Source of the DNA: Desulfotignum sp.
GTDB lineage: Bacteria > Desulfobacterota > Desulfobacteria > Desulfobacterales > Desulfobacteraceae
DNA: 64,000 bases
NCBI GenBank assembly: GCA_011389555.1
Contig: JAABUD010000253.1
Span: 5,995-69,994 of the forward strand
Reading direction: 5' to 3'
Made by a program: the position numbers and the translations under genes. Position 1 is the stretch's first letter. Each line of letters opens with the position of its first letter. Shown one piece after another: positions 57,551-64,000 of the stretch. The notes beneath the pieces are model-generated. The model ran no database searches and was not told the DNA's origin. It saw only the letters and a program-made list of their open reading frames with translations.

Positions 57551-57648
57551 GGGACACCTACTTTATTGAAAGATATCCGTGTGCATTCCAAACCGGCACA
57601 ACTGCCCCATGGCTGCAGGACGGACCTCTTTTACGTTAACGTTGCTTT

Positions 57649-58521
57649 CTACAGCCCGGCGCTGTCCAGAATGGCCGGTAATTTGTCTTCCCAGCCCAGG
57701 GCCGATATCTTGATCCCCTGGGAGACCTCCTTGAGGCTGCGGATCATTTCACCGGCAATGGCCACACATTCGGTGTCACGGTCTCTGGCCCGGCGAATCC
57801 GCCGGATCATGTCCTCCGACAGCCGGAAACTGGGATCATTGATGGAAATATACCGGGCCATGCCCACGTTTTTCAACAGAAAAACCGACGCGATCACCGG
57901 TACATTCAAGGAAGAGAACGCCTGGATGACCTGTTTGTAGAAATCCAGGTCAAAAACCGGCTGAAGCACGATATACCCGGCACCGGCAGCGACTTTCTGT
58001 CCGGCATCCGTGACCGCCTGTTTCAGCTGGTTGTCATCGGCAATGGGGGGCGCGGCGATACCGAAGGTGAACTCGGGCCTGCCGCGCAGTTCAAACCCGG
58101 CCAGATCGGTGCCGGCCATCAGGGTCTGAATCATGTTCAAAATACCCAGTTCATCCACGTCATCCACGATTTTCGAGTCCGGATGATCCCCGTTGATCAT
58201 CTCTTCTCCCTGCACAACCATCAGGTTATGAATGCCCAGTACATGGGCCGCCAGCAGGTCGCCCTGAAGCGCCATCCGGTTTTTGTCCCGGCCGTACACA
58301 TGGATCACGGGTTCCATTCCCTGCTGATTCAGGATTGCCCCGCCGGCCAGCGCATTCAGGTGCATGACACCCGTGTCCAGATCCGGAAGCATTACGGCAT
58401 CCACCCGGGATTTGAGAAATCTTACATGGGTAATCAGATCGGATATATCAACGCCCTTGGGGGTATCCATTTCAGCCAGGACCACCCGTTCTCCGGACGT
58501 CAGTTTTGCCTTGAAACTCAT
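57649..58521 (-). CDS. Divergent MetF-like protein
   Basis: AEMDTPKG, RDKNRMALQGDLL, KVAAGAGYIVLQP, LGWEDKLPAIL; aligns end to end with 52448-53371. Confidence 0.85.
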   Translation of the reverse strand: MSFKAKLTSGERVVLAEMDTPKGVDISDLITHVRFLKSRVDAVMLPDLDTGVMHLNALAGGAILNQQGMEPVIHVYGRDKNRMALQGDLLAAHVLGIHNLMVVQGEEMINGDHPDSKIVDDVDELGILNMIQTLMAGTDLAGFELRGRPEFTFGIAAPPIADDNQLKQAVTDAGQKVAAGAGYIVLQPVFDLDFYKQVIQAFSSLNVPVIASVFLLKNVGMARYISINDPSFRLSEDMIRRIRRARDRDTECVAIAGEMIRSLKEVSQGIKISALGWEDKLPAILDSAGL

Positions 58522-58598
58522 ATACACATCCTTGTCTCATCTAAGTGTTTATAACAAAATCATACCATACCATCCTGTACTTTTTGTCATTCACCAGC

Positions 58599-58616
58599 AC
58601 GTATAGTTCTATACGT
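58599..58616. promoter_or_regulatory. Perfect inverted repeat, candidate operator
   Basis: ACGTATAG-TT-CTATACGT, about 80 nt upstream of the metF-like start. Confidence 0.55.
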
Positions 58617-58768
58617 TTTTTTCCAAAAATGTACAATGAAAAAACCTTGACATATGTAAAATTTTTCTTATTGCCCGAAAATCCGTATACGGATGGTGAC
58701 GGTGTGGGCATCGATGGCGGAATCACTGAACCACGGGTATTCGTGTTCCCCGGGCACGAACGGTCAAT

Positions 58769-60139
58769 CTATGCCTCTTGTCGAGAAATGATCCGCAGTT
58801 TGCGCCACAGTGCGGCCCGGCTGATTCCCAGAATTTCCGCGGCTTTTGTCTTGTTGCCGTCTGTAATCTTCAACGCAGTGAGAATATGCTGTTGTTCCAT
58901 TTCATGAAGAGATAGGAACGGCTGGTTTCTGTCCGCGGGTTCCGGGATGCCTGCAGGGGTCAGGCGACGGGGAAGATGCCGGGGTTCGATCCCCCCTCCG
59001 TCAGCCAGTATCACAGCCCGCTCGATGATGTGCCGCAGTTCACGGATATTGCCGGGAAATGCATACACATCAAAAATGGCGGACACGGCATCGGAAATGG
59101 ATGTGACCTGTTTCTGGAAGGTCTGGTTGAACCGGTTGATAAAATACCGACACAAGATGGGGATATCTTCTTTTCTAGCCCGCAGGGCGGGTATTTCAAG
59201 CTCGATGGCCCGGATCTTCTGGTACAGCTCCCGGCTGAACCGCCCCCGGGCAACCTTTTTTTCCAGATTGTCCTGGGTCGCTACAATAAACCGGACATCC
59301 ATGGGGGGAGCATCGCCAGCCAACACAGATCGTGACTGTTTGCGGTTCAGTATCTGGATCATATCCTGCTGGGTATGGGCCGGCATGTTTTCAATATGAT
59401 CCAGCAGGATGGTGCCGGAAAAACCGGTCTGCATCTCATTGTCCTCCCCTGACTGGGGTCCCAGGGATGCCACAAGTTCCCTGAACCGGAAATCATTGCT
59501 GAAACATCCGCAGTCAAAGGCCAGGAACCGCTGGTTTTTCCGATGCCCCAGCTGGTGAATGGTCCTGGCAGCCAGTTCTTTGCCGGTGCCGATTTCCCCA
59601 TGGATAATAATGGTGCAGTCCAGTTCGGAAAGCCGTCGGATATTTTTGAGCAGCCGCTGCATCTCCGGTGTTTCACCAATGATCCGGGACAGATTCTGTT
59701 TGCCGGTTTCCGCTGCCTCTGTTTCCAGGGGCATACCCACACCCGAGGAAGGCGGGTTGATCACAAACACATTGCCGTCTTTGCCGGAATTTTTTATCAC
59801 ATCCCACAAACCGGCCATGGCATCTTTTTCAAAATACTGAGCGCCCAGGGCTTCGGTGGCCTGCCTGGTTTTTTCACTGCCGTATCCGGTGAGCAAAACG
59901 CTTTTCAGGTCCGGGGCCATCTCCTTGAGCTTGGTGATGGTCACCAGACCGTCCATGTCGGGCATTTTCAGATCCACAATGGCCAGATCGATCCGGGTGG
60001 TTCTGGCGATCTCCAGGGCTTTTATACCGGAAGACGCCTTGATGGGTGCAAAGCCCAGCAGCGAGATGCGCTGGGCCATGGAGTTGAGCAGCCGCTCCTC
60101 ATCATCCACCAGTAGAATATTTTTTTGGTTTTTGCTCAT
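58769..60139 (-). CDS. Atypical NtrC/Fis-family response regulator (REC-AAA+-HTH) lacking GAFTGA
   Basis: Walker A GEIGTGKE, FPGNIREL and Fis HTH GNKTKAAEILGISR are present; ESELFG/GAFTGA is absent and Walker B reads LLDHI. Confidence 0.88.
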   Translation of the reverse strand: MSKNQKNILLVDDEERLLNSMAQRISLLGFAPIKASSGIKALEIARTTRIDLAIVDLKMPDMDGLVTITKLKEMAPDLKSVLLTGYGSEKTRQATEALGAQYFEKDAMAGLWDVIKNSGKDGNVFVINPPSSGVGMPLETEAAETGKQNLSRIIGETPEMQRLLKNIRRLSELDCTIIIHGEIGTGKELAARTIHQLGHRKNQRFLAFDCGCFSNDFRFRELVASLGPQSGEDNEMQTGFSGTILLDHIENMPAHTQQDMIQILNRKQSRSVLAGDAPPMDVRFIVATQDNLEKKVARGRFSRELYQKIRAIELEIPALRARKEDIPILCRYFINRFNQTFQKQVTSISDAVSAIFDVYAFPGNIRELRHIIERAVILADGGGIEPRHLPRRLTPAGIPEPADRNQPFLSLHEMEQQHILTALKITDGNKTKAAEILGISRAALWRKLRIISRQEA

Positions 60140-60192
60140 CTGTTTCCAATATATACATCAAAATGAAGATCCATCAAAATGAAAATCCAATA

Positions 60193-62001
60193 TTACACGC
60201 CATAGAACAGATAAATCATCATCAGTTCCACAAAAAGGAAAATAAATGTCATGACAATACCCGCTTTTGCATAGTCCACGGTTCGGTAGCCCCCGGGCCG
60301 CATCACCAGGGCGTTCACCTGGTGTGTGGGCAGAATAAAGCTGTTGGATGCGGAAAGGCCCACAACCAGTGCCGCCATTCTCGGGTCCGCACCGGCCATC
60401 ATCGCCATGTTCATGCAAAGGGGAACCAGAAGCACGGTGGCACCGACATTGGAAATGACCAGCGTAAAAAAGGTGGTCATGATACCGATCACTGCCAGCA
60501 GAACAATCGGGACCGGTGTTCCCACAAAGCCCAGAACCCCTTCGGCAATAAAGGCGGCAGTGCCGCTCTTTTCAAATGCAATGCCCAGGGGAATCAGTCC
60601 GCCGAGAAGAAACACCGTCATCCAGTCCACGGCACCGTATGCCTCATCAATGGTGAGAACCCCTGTGATGATCATGCCCAGCGCTCCTGACATCAATGCC
60701 ACAGCCAGGGCCGTATCAAAGAAAATCACCTGAAAAAGGGCAATGGCAAGCCAGATAACCGCAAGCACCGCTTTCTGGGGACGCAGAATTTCTCCTTCCA
60801 GCGGGGAGGCAAACACCAGGGACCGTGGTTTCGGCTTATTGTTCAGAATATGAAATTTATCCCAGGGTCCCTGAAGCAGAAGGGTGTCCCCGTTACTCAG
60901 GGGAAGATAGGTCAGGCCGCTGTAAAATTTTTTATTGTCTTTGAACAGAACCAGCGGATTGAGCTGATAATGCTCTTTAAAACTCACTTCATTCAATGTC
61001 TTGCCGATCAGATCGGATCTGGGGGTGACAACCGCTTCCGCCACCCCTGCATTTGTATTGGCAAGGGTGTCGGCAAAGGTTTCCAGCGAATCTTTTATCT
61101 GCCAGCCGTATTCTTCTGCCAGTTTTTCAATGTTTTCCCATTTGCCTGCAACCGCCACATCACAATTGGCGGAAACGGGTTCATGGCTGCGGGGAACATG
61201 ATTCACCGTTTTGACAAAAGGAGAACTGATCCCGATCACCGTGACCAGAAATTTCGCCCTGACCGTCAGTTCTTCAAGCGTTCCTGTGACACCGGTCTCA
61301 GGTACATGAAGCTCCACAATACTGTTGACTCCCTGGTATTCTTTGATCAGCATTTCAGAGGCCCCTTTACTGAACTGTCCGGTCTGGGCAGGCAGAACAT
61401 ATTTTCCGAACACCACAAAGTACAGCAGCGCGGACGCAACCAGGGCCAGTCCGATGGGTGTCTGGGTAAAAAGCCCGAACGGTGCCAGTTTTTCTCCGCC
61501 GATCACCATCAGGTCATTTAACAAAATGGTGGGACTTGCCCCCACAAGGGTGATGGTACCGCCGATGATTGCGCAGAATGCCATGGGCATCAGCACTCTG
61601 GATGTGGGGATTCCCATGCGTTTGGATATTCTCTGGGTGACGGGCAGAAACAATGCGGCAGCCCCGATATTCTGCAGCAAACTGGAAATCACGGCAACTG
61701 TCCCGGCAATAAACAGAATGATCCGGTTTTCACTTTTGCCGGCCAGGGTCATGATCGGCTTTGCCACATTGTTCATCACCCCTGTTTTGTCAAGGCCTGC
61801 ACCGATGATGATAACAGCGATAATGGAGCAGACCGCGTTGCTGGAAAGGCCTGAAAAGGCTTCATTTGGCGTGACAAGGCCGATAAGGGGAAGCAGCACC
61901 ATCATCATGATCCCCACAACATCCACCCTGACCCATTCAAAAACAAACAAACAGATAACAAAAACAAGGACTATCATTGTCAATATCATATCAGGTGTCA
62001 T
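60193..62001 (-). CDS. SLC13/DASS-like permease with TrkA-C (RCK-C) domains
   Basis: EWVRVDVV, GGTITLVG, central soluble TrkA-C region, ISNVGATV, PTHQVN..VMRPGGYR..DY. Confidence 0.9.
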   Translation of the reverse strand: MTPDMILTMIVLVFVICLFVFEWVRVDVVGIMMMVLLPLIGLVTPNEAFSGLSSNAVCSIIAVIIIGAGLDKTGVMNNVAKPIMTLAGKSENRIILFIAGTVAVISSLLQNIGAAALFLPVTQRISKRMGIPTSRVLMPMAFCAIIGGTITLVGASPTILLNDLMVIGGEKLAPFGLFTQTPIGLALVASALLYFVVFGKYVLPAQTGQFSKGASEMLIKEYQGVNSIVELHVPETGVTGTLEELTVRAKFLVTVIGISSPFVKTVNHVPRSHEPVSANCDVAVAGKWENIEKLAEEYGWQIKDSLETFADTLANTNAGVAEAVVTPRSDLIGKTLNEVSFKEHYQLNPLVLFKDNKKFYSGLTYLPLSNGDTLLLQGPWDKFHILNNKPKPRSLVFASPLEGEILRPQKAVLAVIWLAIALFQVIFFDTALAVALMSGALGMIITGVLTIDEAYGAVDWMTVFLLGGLIPLGIAFEKSGTAAFIAEGVLGFVGTPVPIVLLAVIGIMTTFFTLVISNVGATVLLVPLCMNMAMMAGADPRMAALVVGLSASNSFILPTHQVNALVMRPGGYRTVDYAKAGIVMTFIFLFVELMMIYLFYGV

Positions 62002-62032
62002 TCAATTTATTCTCCGTTCAATGGTTATTTGA

Positions 62033-62139
62033 AAGTTTTAAGTGTTAAGTTTTAAGTGTTAAGTGTTAAGTTTTAAGTCAATACCTGACTGCTTATGCTT
62101 TCATCGTTTGTGCTGGTCTTTCAGACCATAGTGGTTATT
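62033..62139. repeat. Dispersed intergenic element, copy 2: 6 x AAGT(G/T)TT plus hairpin tail
   Basis: Heptamers 62033-62074 plus a partial unit, then GCTTATGCTTTCAT...TGGTCT-TTC-AGACCA...TTATT. Confidence 0.9.
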
Positions 62140-62172
62140 GTGAGATAATTTTCGATGGAAAACCGGGTCAGG

Positions 62173-62253
62173 CTATTTTTTCGTCCGGAAAAAATAACAG
62201 AGCACAGCCACCGCACAAATCAATACGATTCCGAAAATAAAATGGGTATCCAT
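62173..62253 (-). CDS. Putative 26-aa single-TM microprotein MDTHFIFGIVLICAVAVLCYFFRTKK
   Basis: Hand-translated and below the ORF-track cutoff. Perfect SD TAAGGAGG overlaps the upstream stop codon, 5 nt before the ATG; hydrophobic core and basic tail. Confidence 0.7.
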   Translation of the reverse strand: MDTHFIFGIVLICAVAVLCYFFRTKK

Positions 62254-62263
62254 GATCTCCTCC

Positions 62264-63181
62264 TTACTCTATGGCATAGACACAAAAGGTCTGTGCGATC
62301 ACCGGTTTTTTTTCATCTGCTGATCCCAGGCTGCTCAGAAATTTTCTGAAAAAACCCCAGAAACTGCCCATATCCTCTTTTTCAAAATAAAGTGATTCCA
62401 GAGCTTCGGTGGCTTCCTTGAGTTTTGCATCGCCATGACCGGTGAGCAGGGAGCTGGGCAGGGTGCTGTCCATTTCTTTTGCCCGGGCAATCAGATCCAG
62501 GCCGTCCATATCCGGCAGCCGCTGGTCGATAATTGCCAGATGGACCGTTTTTGTCTCCAGAATATCAAGCGCATCCCTGCCGTTCAGCGCGGTGAGCGGT
62601 TCATAGCCCTGCAGCCGGATCCGGTCAGCCACGGCACGCAGAAAATTGGGATTGTCATCCACCAGCAGTATGTGAATATCCTTGTGAGAGCCGGCCGGAC
62701 CGGAACTTCCGGTTTTTGCTTTTGCCATGCCGGCCGGATTTTCCGTAATGATAAATTCAGGTTTGCCATATTCTTTTACGGCAGCATCAATGGCATTATC
62801 AATATTTGAAAAATGAACCATATGGGAAAAATCAAGGCCCTGCTCTATGGCTTTGGTGCGGAAATCTTCCACATTCCGGTCGGAATTTTTTTTAAACTCA
62901 TCAAAAGCCACATCATGGGCATTGGAAAAAAATTCGGTGATATCATGCGTGAGGTTGGCACAATTCACCGCTATGATGCCGCAGCCCATCCGCAGCGCCA
63001 TCTCAATGGTGTAGGAAACCATTGTTTCGGGGAACAGGCTTTCATATGTGGCAACTGCGATGGTCCGATGGGTGTTGTCCTTTGTTGCCGCCGCCGGCAT
63101 CTCATGGGTCTGGTTCCGGCTGTCGGCCACCGCATTATCCGCCTTTTCTGATTTTTTCTTTGATTTATTGAACAATGTCAT
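62264..63181 (-). CDS. USP-like domain plus receiver domain protein
   Basis: N-terminal USP-like pattern (TIAVA..YTIEMALRMGCGIIAVN..EFIIT); C-terminal REC (LLVDD, DQRLPDMDG, LTG). Start taken at MTLFN (GAGG RBS). Confidence 0.75.
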   Translation of the reverse strand: MTLFNKSKKKSEKADNAVADSRNQTHEMPAAATKDNTHRTIAVATYESLFPETMVSYTIEMALRMGCGIIAVNCANLTHDITEFFSNAHDVAFDEFKKNSDRNVEDFRTKAIEQGLDFSHMVHFSNIDNAIDAAVKEYGKPEFIITENPAGMAKAKTGSSGPAGSHKDIHILLVDDNPNFLRAVADRIRLQGYEPLTALNGRDALDILETKTVHLAIIDQRLPDMDGLDLIARAKEMDSTLPSSLLTGHGDAKLKEATEALESLYFEKEDMGSFWGFFRKFLSSLGSADEKKPVIAQTFCVYAIE

Positions 63182-63310
63182 AATGGGCCCTCGAATCTTG
63201 TGTTGGAAATTTTTCATTTATGAACATTTTTGTGTTTACAAATGAAACAAAAAAAATTATATGGAGATATAAATTAAAAATTTTAAACAGTCAACATAAA
63301 AAATTCATTT

Positions 63311-63688
63311 ATGAAACAGATTGATATATTACTCATCGATGATGAAAAAAAGTTTGCCGACATGCTCTCCCGGCGCCTGTCGTTGCGGGAAATTTCCTGT
63401 GAAGTGTGTTATGACGGGCAGTCCGGACTTACCTGGATCCAAAACAATCCAGGCGCAGTTGCGCTCATCCTGCTGGATTTGAAACTTCCGGACATATATG
63501 GCACTCGGGTACTTGCAGGTATCAAAAAAATCGATCCCGCGGTCCCTGTTTTCATCATCACCGGACACGGTACTCAAGAAGATGAAAAAAAATGCCTGGC
63601 TTTGGGGGCGTCCGAATTCATTCACAAGCCCGTGAGCATTGAAAAACTGACCACTTTGCTCGATCAGGCCCGGGAGGAGGTGCAATGA
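63311..63688 (+). CDS. Single-domain response regulator
   Basis: LIDDE, DLKLP, ITGHG, IHKP. Confidence 0.9.
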   Translation: MKQIDILLIDDEKKFADMLSRRLSLREISCEVCYDGQSGLTWIQNNPGAVALILLDLKLPDIYGTRVLAGIKKIDPAVPVFIITGHGTQEDEKKCLALGASEFIHKPVSIEKLTTLLDQAREEVQ

Positions 63689-64000
63689 CCCGGATATTGC
63701 AGCGCATAAAGAAACATGGCTGGATGCGGTTTTTATTTCACAGGTATCATGTTCATCTGGCATCCTTTCAGACCTTTTCCAATTACCGCGGCATCTGGAT
63801 TATCAGTATCATCATCCTGGCAGTCACTTCCCTGTCCCCGCTGGTGATGGCCACTTTTATCAACAACCGGCTGATTCACAAGTCCGTGGACTCGGAACTG
63901 GTGCTCCAGACCGACCGGGTCACTTCCAATGCCAAGCGGTCCGTGCAGTTTTTCCTGGAAGAACGTCTCAATGCCCTGCGGTTTATCGTAAACGAACTGC
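63685..64000 (+). CDS. Probable membrane sensor histidine kinase, N-terminal part (runs off window)
   Basis: Open frame from ATG 63685 (ATGA overlap with the REC gene): NYRGIWIISIIILAVTSLSPLVMA (TM)...FFLEERLNALRF. The kinase domain is not visible, so the call rests on context. Confidence 0.65.
   Translation, partial: MTRILQRIKKHGWMRFLFHRYHVHLASFQTFSNYRGIWIISIIILAVTSLSPLVMATFINNRLIHKSVDSELVLQTDRVTSNAKRSVQFFLEERLNALRFIVNEL

Noticed and set aside
58561-58573. CATAC-CATAC-CAT short repeat upstream of the metF-like gene
   Set aside because: Too short to distinguish from chance.
62091-62139. Tail of the dispersed element as a hammerhead ribozyme or intrinsic terminator
   Set aside because: A GATGAAA is present but the CUGANGA core and three-stem layout are not, and no U-tract follows the hairpin.

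Overview
Gene-dense chromosomal window from a sulfate-reducing deltaproteobacterium. Desulfobacteraceae-like placement is inferred from dsrC, hdr/flx, ahbA and a PxxKW-family gene. I see no rRNA, tRNA, CRISPR array, prophage or transposase. Left half: envelope and housekeeping genes (lpxA-lpxD-skp-bamA-lolD-lolC/E-lysS, pilC/pilS, DHH-CBS tRNA nucleotidyltransferase, trpS, argJ, truA, ClC, kdsD, pfk, miaA). Centre: hdrA-flxD(mvhD)-flxC-flxB-flxA followed by dsrC. The ORF track splits hdrA and truncates flxD at in-frame UGA codons. Both UGAs align to Cys in paralogues elsewhere in this window and both have a SECIS-like hairpin whose loop starts 22 nt downstream, so both genes are read as selenoproteins. 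Right half: mla genes, a 1402-aa CoA-activase fusion, comEC and murA. These are followed by an all-Cys metF-like/hdrA/mvhD/metV/metF cluster linked to an ACT protein and a soluble phosphorelay with no DNA-binding output, and by an SLC13 permease module. Main items the ORF track does not explain: (1) two copies of an intergenic element made of six AAGT(G/T)TT heptamers plus a hairpin with a compensatory base-pair change; (2) an unannotated 26-aa single-TM ORF with a perfect Shine-Dalgarno just upstream of the SLC13 gene; (3) an NtrC-like regulator lacking GAFTGA; (4) a perfect 8-2-8 palindrome upstream of the metF-hdrA cluster. All calls come from reading the sequence and recalled family motifs; no searches were run.
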